Part shown: positions 12,590 through 27,371 of the stretch, piece by piece
How positions within the stretch are numbered: position 1 is the first letter of the stretch
How the letters are laid out: each line of letters starts with the position of its first letter
NCBI RefSeq assembly: GCF_964204645.1
Contig: NC_134030.1
Span: 19,924,210-19,988,209, forward strand
Source: Tubulanus polymorphus
Taxonomy: Eukaryota; Animalia; Nemertea
Length of the DNA stretch: 64,000 nucleotides
Reading direction: 5' to 3'
Notes under the pieces: model-generated
Told to the model about the DNA's origin: nothing
The model's database searches: none
The model's input: only the letters and a program-made list of their open reading frames with translations
Made by a program: the position numbers and the translations under genes

Positions 12590-14158
12590 ACCATTCGACA
12601 GTCAAACCCTGACTATGCACTCAAATCAGAATGCTGCGAAATCTTTTCAGATGAAATATATTATATACATAAACAAATACGTAGCAAACGTGTGGACTCG
12701 AGAACGAACTGATACTTGCTTATACGTTCCAATAAAAAAAAAACTGACGACACTTCAAGATAATATCGCAAAGTAATGAAATCATCGAATGGGTTTCGAA
12801 TCGTGTCCAGAAATACGACGTAGCGATAAGAATACACGCTAGGAGAGCTGAGTAATGTCATCTAATATGAGTTGTAACACCGATTATCCTGACAGTTAAT
12901 TACGCTTATTTTATATCAGGATGATTTGAAAATTATGTAAGCTGGAAATAAAAGTGCCAAATAGTGGTACATGTTCTACGTTCATGATCATTTAAACAGT
13001 TTCGAGGATTTCTTAGGAATTCTTTTTTGTGACTTTCAAATTTAGGCGGGGGTCGGGGGGGGGGGGCGTTGGGGGTTCCTCTAAATCTGCCCCTGAAATG
13101 TGCCGCATTCTTAGGCAGTTTTTACTCCAAGTCTTCAAATCAGGAGGAATGCATGTATCACAGAGGGCTGCATTACGTCACTGCAGAAAATGCGTCTCGT
13201 GGAGAGAATGGTGGAAGGCGGGGACTTCACAAAACTGTTTAGATGATATATAAGATGACGCGTTTTTCTGCTTTCGTGAATATGTATTGTTAAAGGTTTT
13301 GAATACATATGGATTTAAAAACTTCTCGCTGCATTTCCCTTTAAGAGGACACCAAGAAGAGTCAATCAATCACCAAAGCTGTGCAATTATTTGGTTTTAT
13401 TTCAATTTGTATTTGAAGAATATATAGTATCGCGCGCAATATTTTTCATTCATTCGTCGACTGTTCTGGCTCGAGAAAACGAGATATTGTCATTTCGAAA
13501 GTATAATACGTTGGAATAGCGACTAAGGTAAGCGTAGTGATAAAATATTCTAATTTAACGATAAAAAATGATACCTTGTTTCTTAAAAGCTTAAAAGTTG
13601 ACCCGGCCGACCGCCGCCTATCTACCCTATACATTATTCTAAAAAAGAAACTATTATCAGCCAATCGACGACAAGACGCGGCGGCTATTGAAACGAATGG
13701 ATTACAAATTTAATTGAAATTTACAAAATAATCCGGGCGCTGCGGAGAAACAAGGTGTCATTTTTAGCCTAAAAATAATATACCCCGATACGTACAGCAA
13801 CAATTTCAGTAACCGGAATCTAAAATAAATTTCTGAAAATGCCAAATTGCAAATATATTTTATTCAAATTCTAGGCGAAGAAAATGCTTGCTTACACAAT
13901 GACTCGCATATGTGCTTTTGCTGCGATTGTGGCCAGTGCCGTGGCGTTTGGTGAGTTAAGACTGGGAAAATAATACTCAGCTTCATAGGATTTCATAAAT
14001 GATATAATTCAATTCGCAGCAATTATCAGTAAACATTTAGTATGCGTTTATCGACGGAACGAATTGATTTGACAGATATATTTCACAAAATAACACATAT
14101 ACATTATGACAAAAACCCTGTTAATTGACGTGCAACATATTGTTATTATACACATGGA

Positions 14159-14345
14159 TTTTTTTAACACCCTGGCCCGCTAAGCGCCACGCTAGAAGCG
14201 GGTTCGATGTTTCTTTTTCCCAATACCCACATCAGAGAAGAACCTCCGACCAAGAAACTCTGCCGCCTCCAGGGTTTGAACCCATGAACCCTGGATTGAT
14301 GAGAGCAGTGTCAGGCGGCTTATACCAATCGGCCACTGCGCCTCT
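14159..14345 (-). mobile_element. tRNA-derived SINE copy
   Basis: Paralog of 3331-3516. Confidence 0.65.
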
Positions 14346-14896
14346 CATCTGTTATCCTCATCGGGATCATCATTATAGTCCTACATCTGGGGCGGGAGTT
14401 CCATTATTTCTTCAATTTAGGTAAAAACGTCTTTCACTTCAAAATTCAATTTTTAATTTCATGCTTTTCGAAAATATAGATTGCCATCCAAACGGCAGGA
14501 CGTGTGACGATGACCTTAAGTGTTGCAACAACACCTGTAGAGCTAGTTTTTGTTTCTGATCGTTGAGTACAAAGGTTTATAACGGGATATACTCGTAATG
14601 GTTTGGGAAATATATCCGATTATGAAACTGAACGACAGTCAGTTTTACTGACTAGGCCGTGTACAAAAAAGCTCGCACTGAATTTATATTTGTTACCGAT
14701 TCTTCATATCTTGTACTAAATTTGATTCAATAAAACTGCGAGTAAATAAATCAATTGTCGGGTTGTTGACTGTTTATGATTCATCGGTCAGAGTTTTCAA
14801 AAGTGATCAGAAGTGCCATTCCATCGGCGGTGAAGAACATTCATCGTCAATTAAAAAAGACTACTCGTAAGCAAAAGTCCAAAATCTCCCTAATCA

Positions 14897-15489
14897 ATTA
14901 TTTCAGTCCCAGGGTTTAAATGTTTCATATGCATCCATCCATTAAGATATTTAGAGTTTTCTGTCCTAGTTCCCGATCGGCGATTTTCCTGTGACTTCAC
15001 GCAACCACGTATGAAACTGGGGAAAACAATACAAATACAGTTTGAATATGCTTTAAATGAAATCCATTTTCGTAGTTCATTGATGCTTCGATTTTTTGTT
15101 TATGAAATAGTAAGTATCATCTGCAAACATCGTGCAATCTAAGATGTCTATAGATTATATCAGCAATAGGTGCCGAATATAAAGAGTAAATAAAACTGGC
15201 CCCAGAACTGAACCTTGGGGACTTCCACATCGAAAATCAGCAATATTACTAATTTTACCGTTTGTAACAACTTTGTGTGTACATTCCTGAAGGTGCCTAA
15301 GATTTTAAATAATTATGTTTTGAAGCTGATTAGCGGCCATACGGTCGAGCATCTTTGTGGCTACAGGTAAGTAAGACAATGATCTATAATTATTCAATTA
15401 GTATAGATTTAAAAGTTGTGGTTTTAATCAATTGCTCAACCGAGCATGATTTTGATTAAACAGTTCGTAGGTACAACACCGGTTTCCAA
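14897..15489 (-). mobile_element. LINE RT relic copy
   Basis: Paralog of 4070-4658. Confidence 0.7.
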
Positions 15490-16343
15490 AGTGCAATTTA
15501 TAATTCTAGTAACGATTGGAACAGTAACACACTGTTTTAGAATTGGCGCGGGCAACTAAAGCATCTCCCTTATACTTCGCAAATCCACGACCCGCATCAA
15601 AATTGCTCGGAGCACCACGGCAAAACTGATCATTAACGCTACTAATGGTCAGTTGCGTATGTTCCAAACGAGCGATATGGAAATTCACCTATTTCAAACT
15701 GGTCATTTATGTGTAAAATACAAGCACTTGTGAGACTCACGGATACGCGACATGGACTTAATAGCGTAACCTGCATTTTCAAGTGTATTAATAGCTTATG
15801 CGAGCTTTCAACTTAAACTTCGTGTTGGGCGGTGATTTATTGATAGGCCGTCTAGAAGACTGAGAACCGCATATTTTTTTTTAAACTTTTTTTCAAAATC
15901 AATTCCGCAAGATCTAGCGGTTTGAAATCAAATCAATTCGTACGGATATAGTTAATGAAATTTTGGTCATCTTGAATTGATGCAAAGATAGAAAAGCATT
16001 GAATGATGATTTTGAGGCTCATCGTGAATATTCGACGATTCTATAACTAAAATCCGTTCGGGTTGAATGTTGTCTGATGAAATGTCTAATGTCTAAATTC
16101 GTGTGTGAACAAATTGGAAAAATCAAAATTGAAATTAATTGACCTTAAAAATTTTGGTGAGATACATGGAATCTAGAAATTATTGCTAATTGGAAAACAG
16201 ATCTGTAAGCAAAAAATCCAAACATTTCAAATCTAAAATCGGTTTTCAAACTAATTGCGGCAGTAACCAAAAAATCTACTTAAAAGAAATCACAGCGAAT
16301 TCTCTGATTGGACGAACTGTAATCTGTGCTCGGTTGTTATTCG

Positions 16344-19300
16344 ATGAAAATGGTTTCGGTTCATTTTGTCGTGTTGATGCTGTTCGGTATGGATCGACTG
16401 AGAGCGCTGTTTATAGCGTCGCTGATCGTCTGGCGAGTTAACATCGCACACGCTGATCTGTCTGACTCTGTGACGGTTTGTTCGTCTTGTAACAACACTT
16501 GGTACCCCGTCGATTCTACGTCCGGTTACATTGTTTCACCGAATTACCCGTCGTTAACGCGCGGTGTTGAATGTCGTTGGTTCGTCAACAGCTCTTTACC
16601 GGGAACTTTCAATATCAAACTATACTACGACATCGAGCCGTCGATATTCTGTAGTGATAACTACCTTCTCGTCGGTGAGTCCGATAACAGATTCTGCGGT
16701 GAAGGAAAATACGAAATCCACTGTAACGATTCGATCTCATTGCTGTTTAGAAGTAACGTCGATGGTTCGCGGGGTAGTCGGGTTTATATCACATATCGTT
16801 TAGAACGGAACAATTTGAAATTAATTCACACCTGCGCAAAATACGGTTTAAAAATCAACAAATTACCAACATCGATAGGATACAAGTTTGCTTTGTTGGT
16901 ATGGCAATGTAAATTGTATTTAGAATGGATCGGGATCCCGGATGGGTTTGCTATGAATTTCACGTTTTCGCTGATAAAATTCCAATTATTTCCCGGCACC
17001 GATCCAGCGACAACTGTTCAAATTCATGACGGATGGAACAGCAGTGAACTTATTGCTGTAATACCAGAACAAACCGGACATCCACCTTCATCATTCTATA
17101 CTAAAACTAACAAAGCTATGATCAGTTTGCTACTTGGGCGAAACGTATTTACATCACAATTATCAGTTCAAGTGTATAGAATATCAGATTGGAACGTCTC
17201 TAATCCGTTAATCCAAATCTCTAATAACGAGTCTGGAGTGCTCATTCCTGGTGACAACAGTTTACACGTAATAACTCGATCAAAACACTTACACTGCTGG
17301 TCTATCACAGTGCAGGTGTTACAGTACGTCGTCTTCAACTGGACACGTGATCTCAGCACATCCGGTGACGTCATTGGTGTATATAAACTAGAAGGGTTAC
17401 GCGTTGTAGAAACCGATATTTTACTCGGTTACAACTACCTGGAATCACTGAGTGTTAAATCTTACGGCTTTCTCGTCATACTGTGCGATTTAATAAGACC
17501 AGGTGTTTTACAGTCGAATGTGAAAATTGAATTTGAATTGAAATCTATTTCCATAAAAGACGCACGAGTGGATAAACACTTGGTGAGTATTGTGTGTTTT
17601 GATTTTAAGTTTAGGATTTTACCATGTGTGGATCTCTATTACAAGGATTCATGCGTAGGGTTTTCCCGTTGTGTTCCGAAAATAAATTGAACGTCTTCGA
17701 AGAAGTTACGTGCACTTTTTCTTGGAGATCCAGATACTATAACTGCATGTGTAAGCGATTATTGGGATAATTTAAAAGAAATTTCATTTTAGCAAATCTT
17801 AAAACACGAATTGCTGCACCTAACAGAATCATTAACGGACATAGATTTGAATATGTTGTTATGTCATTAATACTTAAAAAAAAATTGCTGATTTCTTATA
17901 TTTTGTAGATATCTGGCTACAGTTACAAATTACTTCCTCGATTTCTGTTCCCGACGACAAAGAAGACACCATTTTCGTATCGCATAAATACATTAGAATC
18001 TAAACGGAAAGTTGATATCTATGAGTATAGATTTAAACTAACAGTTTTATCAGAGACCTGCGAGAGAGCTGGATTTTATATATATGATGGTGGTAATTTT
18101 ACAGCTAGACGCTATGGTCCGTATTGTCCTGGTCTTTGGTACGGTCGTAACGTCGTCAGTCTGATTACATCAGGAGGACCGGTTACTGTAGTAGCATACG
18201 CTTATAATGATGTACCTAAATCTGGGTATCTCAGATTCGCCCCTACTGATTGTGACGGTTATGTTCTGCAGGAAGGAGAAAATCAGATCAATACGACGTC
18301 ACACTGCCTCACGATTACACCTGAAAACCGGCGCCTTCCTTTAGAAAATATTTATATAATATCAGAACACGAATATCAAATTTACACATGTTTCCGTGGT
18401 TTAAATTCGTGTCCTGATGTTACTTTTACAACAACTCAATTACTGAATAACAGTCTCTTATTGAATCATCTGATGATAAAAGGAAGTAGTTATTGGTTCT
18501 GGAGGAGTTCCCTGATGATTGTACTACGACGTAAATGTTTGGTGTTGATGATCTATCAAGATTCCCCGGTACTCACTTCTGATAGTTTTGCATACATCCC
18601 GCCGATGCGAGAAAAATGTGGAGTCGCACAATCACCGAACTATTCTGGGTATGTTTCACAGCGCAGTAAATCAAGTTTGTACTACTCATTTCATTACGAC
18701 AAACATTTGAATTATTACATCAGATTCCTTTTCAAATTTATGGGACACGCCTCGTGCAGCCCTTCTAGTAGTAATGCCGTTCGAGATCAATTATTACTGG
18801 CACAGATTATTTCGAAACCTGGTAATCATGAAACCGGCTTTAGACAGCGTCGCCACGAGAATAAAATATGTGAAAATAACGCTGTACCTGGACTTGTATT
18901 ATACAGTCTACTCGGGTATGACGTTTACTTTGAAGCGAAAAACCATATCCCAATATTCAAAATTCAATACACTTTAGAACAATCGCCTTCACAAACACAT
19001 CTGAATAATGACTGCGGATTAGATTTTCTAGATTCAGGTGTTTCGTGTATCAGATACATCAAACATGAACGTCTGAATCGGGAGAACGCTGAAATTTACT
19101 GTCAACAGAAATACGGAGGACATCTTCTCAGTATCAACTCTGAACAGGAAATGATTGCTGTAAAAAAACTGTTCGCTACGAAACTTCTGCAGGAGGCGTA
19201 TTCACAAGCGGCGCTGATTGTGATGATTGGATTGAAATGGCAGGTAATTTCAAATTATCGTTATGAACATGTTTACCAACATTCATTTAGTTTTGAACAT

Positions 19301-22300
19301 GATTTTGAATTTGTTACGAATTCATTCATTCTCTACTAAAAGTTTAGAATCTTTCATATTAATTGAAACAGATTTCTATTAGTCAACGTGTAAAATATAA
19401 CATAATCTTAATTTGATAAACTCAATTCGGACGCTTGATATAAGTTAGATATCCAAAAGCTAATCGTCATGAACACTTCTAAAACCATTTCGATCAATGA
19501 AACTGAATTTATTTTGAATAGGGTGATGGTTATTACACGTGAACTGATGGAAAACCATTGAGCTACACAGAGTGGTTTAAACCTACTATAATAAACGAAA
19601 CGATACCAGAAGTTATTCAAGGATTGATATCTCCTCTACGAAAACAACCGATAAATGACGTCAATATGCCGTGTACGGCGATGATTCTGAATAATCCACG
19701 AGGATCAGCGAACTGGGTTCGATTCCCGTGTCAAATAGAGGAGACTCGAACAACTTTCATTTGTGAGAAAGAAAAAGATAACTCTTCATCGACTGAAAAT
19801 CACAAATTACCTGTTGCAGAAGAAAACTATACTTATTATTCGGGGATATTGGAATCAGATAACTCCACGTGTTTTAAGGGATGGATTCGTATAGAAGGAC
19901 ATTGCTATCAGATACTTACAGCTTGGGATACTCACAGATTGTCGATTCCGGAAGCTGAGGAAATGTGTCTTAAAATCGGTGGTGAATTAGGTATAGTATC
20001 CATTGATGTTATAATTCAGCATTTGATTCAAATATTTCATTATGCACATCAATATGGTGCTATACTAGCAAAGGCTACGGATAGTGAATTTCTTGCTCTG
20101 AATCCAGTTCTGACAAGAGATGAAATAACATATATAAAAACGGTGAAATGGTCAGTGACTGCCTTTGATAATGTCACAGATGTCGCGCATTCAGTGCTAT
20201 GTTCCTACAATGTAACTGGTGAAGAGTTGGCTTCTATAAGTAGTTGTCAATCGTGGCAATTTGAATGTAACGATCAAAGATGTATCAGCGATCATCGCGT
20301 ATGTGATACCAGAAACGACTGTCAACACGGTGAAGATGAACTCGATTGTTCAGATTCAAACTGGCGCAGTCAGTTCCACTGTACTGATGGAAGAGTTATA
20401 TCAGTGAGTAATTTGTGTGATTTTGTACGCGATTGCGCTGACGGATCAGATGAGAACTCGTGCTATCATACTTCATGTTCCTCTGAACAGTTTAAGTGTA
20501 GCAATGGACAATGTGTGGGTAAATATAAACGATGTGATGGACTGGTTGATTGTAAAGATAAATCTGATGAGATCGGCTGCTCTTTAGATGAATGTAACGG
20601 GTTTTTGTGTGTAAATGGTGAATGTATCAGTTCTCTGTTGTATCGGGATGGTGTTGTTGATTGTGCTGGTAGCCTTGAAGAAGATGAGATTGTCACCAAC
20701 ATGACAGTTACACCAAAGATTCACTGTACTACAGAGAACTACTGTACGACTAATTTCACAAACCTATGTAAGAAATCCGATGAACAAAGATGTTCTTTCG
20801 ATTCTCCTCATTGTTATTCTAGACGTCACAGGTGTATTTTAGAAAGGATGCCGATTGGTTACCCGGTATGTAGAAGGCTCGAACATATACAAGGTTGTAC
20901 TGATTTCAAATGTCCAGCTGGTGCTGCAAAATGTCCAGCATCTTACTGTATACCGATGGGACAGGTGTGCGATGGTCGATCCGATTGTCCTAACTCAGAA
21001 GATGAGCGAAACTGCAAGACTTTGTCATGTCCTGGCATGTTAAAGTGTGGCCAGGAAAACCGATGCATACCTCAATCTGAAGTTTGTGATGGTGTCGTCA
21101 ATAAACCATTTTACAGTTGCTAGCCGCCATTTTGTTAGGGTACTTTTGTCCTGTATTGTTGGGTCATTAGTTTCTCCTTTTTAAAAACTATTTGTGATGC
21201 GTGTTTTATCATATCTCATCTGTCCCTCGATAGATTTTGACAGTTTTTGCAACATTCAAACCGTGTGAATCTCTAGTTTTCAGTTATGCAAAGATCATTT
21301 TTCAAATTTGCAACAATGCGACATGAGAGCGATATAGAAATCGGTGGTCGGTTTTTGCTGCACGCATAAAAATCCAGGGTACTGAAATTTGAAGTTCATT
21401 ATTTTCAGAAATTATTTTCTAAAAAATCCAAACATTTCGAGAACTGTGCGCATAAACGCCCCCTTTCAAGTGAACTTTAAAATCTTAAGATATCTTGCCT
21501 AGTTTTTATCCTATGGCTCTTTAACTACAGCGCGTGTATTGTCATTCCGGGTTTCGGCGCTGTTTTCTATGCGTGTATTTCAGTATATCGGTGTTATTTT
21601 TTTCATTTTTACTACACTTGTCTCCACGGAAAATGGTTTTAATTGTTGGTACGAGTATCAGCTTTAAATATTACGTCATTTATGCAATATTCAGAGACAT
21701 GAGAGATTTTTGGGTTTTAAAGATTTTTCTCACGATTCAGCAGCAGAGACTGAGCGGCATTTTGATCACGCGCCCATTCGAAGTTACACGCGGGAAGAGA
21801 ATATATAGGCCTATATTGAGATGGAAGAAGAAAACAAATATAACACTCAAAATCGAGTATGATGACCATTTAATTCAGTAGTCCATTAATCAATGTACAC
21901 TATCCACTGAAATTAGATGGATGGAGAAGTGGTCAAAAAGCTGGACATATGGGGGGATATTCAGCTACTTTCTATGAATACTTTCTATAAAGTACACACA
22001 AGATTGATTAGATCGGGGAAAAAAATATAAGAAAGCGTTTTCTTGTTTTGGTGGTGAAATATCAAGTATCAAGTCTGAATGGCAGACACAGGTGATTAAA
22101 AGTAAAAAGTGACATCTACCATCACCAAAAACGCAAGAAGTGTGTGGATTGCATTTACAACAAAATAGTGATATTTGGGGTTTTCTTGGGTGCATGTACG
22201 TAAGCCTCGGCCTGCAGTAAAAGCGGCTACCATTACAGGCATTACGAACTAGCGCCGTTAAAAGAGAACGGAATGGAGTATTAATGACGTAATATTTAAA

Positions 22301-24497
22301 CCTGATACTCGTACCAACAATTAAAACCATTTTCCGTGGAAACAAGTGAAGTAAGAATGAAAAAATAACACCCATATACTGAAATACACGCATAGAAAAC
22401 AGCGCCGAAACCCGGAATGACAATACACGCGCTGCAGTTAAAGAGCCATAGAATAAAAACTAGGCAAGATTTCTTAAAATTTTAAAGTTCACTTGAAAGG
22501 GGGCGTGTATGCGCACAGTTCTTGAAATGTTTGGATTTTTTAGAATGTTATTTCTGGAAATAATGAACTTCAAAGTTCAGTACCCAGGATTTTTATGCGC
22601 GCGGCAAAAACTGACCACCGATTTTTATATCGCTCTCATGTCGCATTGTTGCAAATTTGAAAAATGATCATTGCATAACTGAAAACTAGAGATTCACACG
22701 GTTTAAATGTTGCTAAAACTGTCAAAATCTATCCGGGGACAGATGAGATATGATAAAACACGCATCACAAATAGTTTCTAAAAAGTAGAAAATAATGACC
22801 CAACAATACAGGACAAAAGTACCCTAACAAAATGGCGGCTAGCAACTGTAAAATGGTTTATTGTAACCATACCACTGATGACGAAGCGTTCTGTGACGTC
22901 ATATGTCCAAAGGACTGTAAATGTCAAGGTCATTTGATAGATTGCGATCATGCTGGTTTCGTAGAAATTACTGATCTTTTCTCGGCATCAACTCGAGTTC
23001 TGATTTTATCAAGAAACCAAGTTGTATTCAATGAGTCAACATTTTCTTCGTACCTCTATTTACATTTCCTTAATATTTCACGTAACAATTTGTCTTATAT
23101 TGTTCCAAACGCGTTGTCAAACCTGCATAATCTACATACATTAGATCTTACCTATAACCGCATAATATCACTTTCCGAGAATACATTCGCCGGTTTGTAT
23201 AGTTTGAAAATGCTTTTGATTTTTGGAAATCCAGTGAGATATTTAGAAGAAGCCAGTTTTCAAGGTTTAAAGTCATTAAGCGATCTCGATCTTCACGGAC
23301 TTTCCTTGTCGTTACTCGGTGGAAATGTGTTCAGTGGTTTATCAGCTTTAGAGTCGTTAAATGTCAGCAGTAACGTGATCAGTTATATTTCACCAAATGC
23401 GTTCTCCGGATTAACAAAACTAAGAAATCTGGATCTAACCAAAAATTCTGAAGTCATATCCGTACAAAGAAACGTTTTTGACAGTCTTACATTATTGAGT
23501 TCTTTGGCTTCTGACGCGTACAAATTTTGTTGCATGGTTCCGAATGTTGACCAGTGTCTCCCGGAAGCCGACCAATTTTCATCTTGTTCCGACCTGATGG
23601 GTAACACTGTTCTTAGAGCAATCATTTGGGCGATCGCTTCATTCAGCTTTTTTGCCAACATCATCGTAATTTTACTTCGCGTTCAAGCTTTACGCATTTC
23701 ATCCTCTGAATCACGTAACATATCCTCCGATATCCTAATCATTAATATTGCCACCTGCGATTTTCTCATGTCAATTTATCTGTTTCTGATCGCTGGAGCC
23801 GATTACGTCTATAAAGATGTTTATTTCCTCAATTATGAAATGTGGACAGATAGTTCACTGTGTCGACTCGCTGGGATTTTAGTAACTCTTTCGTGCGAAG
23901 GGTCTTTGCTTTTTCTCCTGATTCTAACCCGTCAAAGATACTCGAATATCGTCGATCCATTTTCTGGAAGCCCAATTATATCATCGACATATGTGTCCGG
24001 TATTTGCTGTATATGCTGGATCATTTTGGGCAACATTTCAATGCTACCGTTGTCGTCATCTTCTTATTTCGGACATAACTTTTACGGCACAACCTATGAA
24101 TTTACTATCCATCGATGTCCACGCCTGGCAATATTCATTCGCTATTTTTGCCGTGTTTAACTCGGTCGTACTTGCTACAATAATGATGACGTATGCACAG
24201 ATGTATAGACTCGTATCTGGAAGCAGGTCCGGCTCGGGTAGAGCTGATCCTACCGAATTGGTTCTGGCGCGTAGGAGTTTAGTGATAAATATGTGTAATT
24301 TATTTTGCTGGTTACCGATGATTATCGTTCAGTTTTGCGCTGTATTGCGAGTAGAAATACCGAACCAAGTGGCGGCTTGGTTGGCGGTACTTTTCCTACC
24401 GATCAACTCGTCACTGAATCCACTTCTTTACACCATCCTCACTATTGATGTTAAATCTATTCGAGCCAGAAATAAACGCGTTTTGAAAACTCGCTGA
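16344..24497 (+). pseudogene. GRL101-like: Copy 2 receptor; exons 1-2 open, exon 3 disrupted three times
   Basis: Exons 16344-17582, 17909-19243 (open when read by hand), 19522-24497. TGG>TGA at 19540-19542, TE at 21103-22859, and a 14-bp deletion (TGGTGTTTGTTTAC) at 24093/24094. Confidence 0.92.
21103..22859. mobile_element. Non-autonomous DNA transposon, 1757 bp, ~580-bp TIRs, AT target duplication (ISL2EU/PIF-Harbinger-group-like, tentative)
   Basis: Starts AAACCATTTTACAGTTGCTAGCCGCCATTTTG and ends with its reverse complement. Arms are ~21103-21680 and ~22283-22859. AT at 21101-21102 and 22860-22861; the empty site gtcgtcaATtgt is in copies 3-5. No transposase ORF seen. Confidence 0.92.
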
Positions 24498-26061
24498 ACC
24501 ATTCGACAGTCAAACCCTGACTATGCACTCTAATCAGAATGCTGCGAAATCTTTTCAGATGAAATATATTATATACATAAACAAATACGTAGCAAACGTG
24601 TGGACTCGAGAACGAACTGATACTTGCTTATACGTTCCAATAAAAAAAAAAATGACGACACTTCAAGATAATATCGCAAAGTAATGAAATCATCGAATGG
24701 GTTTCGAATCGTGTCCAGAAATACGACGTAGCGATAAGAATACACGCTAGGAGAGCTGCGTAATGTCATCTAATATGAGTTGTAACACCGATTATCCTGA
24801 CAGTTAATTACGCTTATTTTATATCAGGATGATTTGAAAATTATGTAAGCTGGAAATAAAAGTGCCAAATAGTGGTACATGTTCTACGTTCATGATCATT
24901 TAAACAGTTTCGAGGATTTCTTAGGAATTCTTTTTTGTGACTTTCAAATTTAGGCGGGGGTCGGGGGGGGTTGGGGGTTCCTCTAAATCTGCCCCTGAAA
25001 TGTGCCGCATTCTTAGGCAGTTTTTACTCCAAGTCTTCAAATCAGGAGGAATGCATGTATCACAGAGGGCTGCATTACGTCACTGCAGAAAATGCGTCTC
25101 GTGGAGAGAATGGTGGAAGGCGGGGACTTAACAAAACTGTTTAGATGATATATAAGATGACGCGTTTTTCTGCTTTCGTGAATATGTATTGTTAAAGGTT
25201 TTGAATACATATGGATTTAAAAACTTCTCGCTGCATTTCCCTTTAAGAGGACACCAAGAAGAGTCAATCAATCACCAAAGCTGTGCAATTATTTGGTTTT
25301 ATTTCAATTTGTATTTGAAGAATATATAGTATCGCGCGCAATATTTTTCATTCATTCGTCGACTGTTCTGGCTCGAGAAAACGAGATATTGTCATTTCGA
25401 AAGTATAATACGTTGGAATAGCGACTAAGGTAAGCGTAGTGATAAAATATTCTAATTTAACGATAAAAAATGATACCTTGTTTCTTAAAAGCTTAAAAGT
25501 TGACCCGGCCGACCGCCGCCTATCTACCCTATACATTATTCTAAAAAAGAAACTATTATCAGCCAATCGACGACAAGACGCGGCGGCTATTGAAACGAAT
25601 GGATTACAAATTTAATTGAAATTTACAAAATAATCCGGGCGCTGCGGAGAAACAAGGTGTCATTTTTAGCCTAAAAATAATATACCCCGATACGTACAGC
25701 AACAATTTCAGTAACCGGAATCTAAAATATATTTTTGAAAATGCCAAATTGCAAATATATTTTATTCAAATTCTAGGCGAAGAAAATGCTTGCTTACACA
25801 ATGACTCGCATATGTGCTTTTGCTGCGATTGTGGCCAGTGCCGTGGCGTTTGGTGAGTTAAGACTGGGTAATTTAATACTCAGCTTCATAGGATTTCATA
25901 AATGATATAATTCAATTCGCAGCAATTATCAGTAAACATTTAGTATGCGTTTATCGACGGAACGAATTGATTTGACAGATATATTTCACAAAATAACACA
26001 TATACATTATGACAAAAACCCTGTTAATTGACGTGCAACATATTGTTATTATACACATGGA

Positions 26062-26248
26062 TTTTTTTAACACCCTGGCCCGCTAAGCGCCACGCTAGAA
26101 GCGGGTTCGATGTTTCTTTTTCCCAATACCCACATCAGAGAAGAACCTCCGACCAAGAAACTCTGCCGCCTCCAGGGTTTGAACCCATGAACCCTGGATT
26201 GATGAGAGCAGTGTCAGGCGGCTTATACCAATCGGCCACTGCGCCTCT
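26062..26248 (-). mobile_element. tRNA-derived SINE copy
   Basis: Paralog of 3331-3516. Confidence 0.65.
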
Positions 26249-26800
26249 CATCTGTTATCCTCATCGGGATCATCATTATAGTCCTACATCTGGGGCGGGA
26301 GTTCCATTATTTCTTCAATTTAGGTAAAAACGTCTTTCACTTCAAAATTCAATTTTTAATTTAATGCTTTTCGAAAATATAGATTGCCATCCAAACGGCA
26401 GGACGTGTGACGATGACCTTAAGTGTTGCAACAACACCTGTAGAGCTAGTTTTTGTTCCTGATCGTTGAGTACAAAGGTTTATAACGGGATATACTCGTA
26501 ATGGTTTGGGAAATATATCCGATTATGAAACTGAACGACAGTCAGTTTTACTGACTAGGCCGTGTACAAAAAAGCTCGCACTGAATTTATATTTGTTACC
26601 GATTCTTCATATCTTGTACTAAATTTGATTCAATAAAACTGCGAGTAAATAAATCAATTGTCGGGTTGTTGACTGTTTATGATTCATCGGTCAGAGTTTT
26701 CAAAAGTGATCAGAAGTGCCATTCCATCGGCGGTGAAGAACATTCATCGTCAATTAAAAAAGACTACTCGTAAGCAAAAGTCCAAAATCTCCCTAATCAA

Positions 26801-27371
26801 TTATTTCAGTCCCAGGGTTTAAATGTTTCATATGCATCCATCCATTAAGATATTTAGAGTTTTCTGTCCTAGTTCCCGATCGGCGATTTTCTTGTGACGT
26901 CACGCAACCTCGTATGAAACTGAGGAAAACAATATAAATTCAGTTTTAATATGCTTTAAGTGAAATCAATTTTCGTAATTCATTGATGCTTCGATTTTTT
27001 GTTTATAAAATAGTAAGTATCATCTGCAAACATCGTGCAATCTAAGATGTCTATAGATTATATCAGCAATAGGTGCCGAATATAAAGAGTAAATAAAACT
27101 GGCCCCGGAACAGAACCTCGGGGACTTCCACATCGAAAATCAGCAATATTAACTTTGTGTGTACATTCCTGAAGGTGCCTAAGATTTGAAATAATTCTGT
27201 TTTGAAGCTGATTAGCGGCCATGCGTTCGAGCATCTTTGTGGCTACAGGTAAGTAAGACAATGATCTATAATTATTCAATTAATACAGATTTAGAATTTG
27301 TGGTTTTTATCAATTGCTCAACCGAGCATGATTTTAGTTAAACAGTTCGTAGGTACAACACCGGTTTCCAA
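26801..27371 (-). mobile_element. LINE RT relic copy
   Basis: Paralog of 4070-4658; includes ORF 27058-27279. Confidence 0.7.

Noticed and set aside
14125-14424. Recurrent 99-105 aa spacer ORF
   Set aside because: Antisense to the SINE, no recognisable domain, and broken in spacer 0.
22832-24160. TIR-supplied ATG (MAASNCKMVY) in frame with the LRR-7TM as a new gene
   Set aside because: No signal peptide, frameshifted at 24093, and the same ATG is out of frame at the copy 0 insertion; likely chance.
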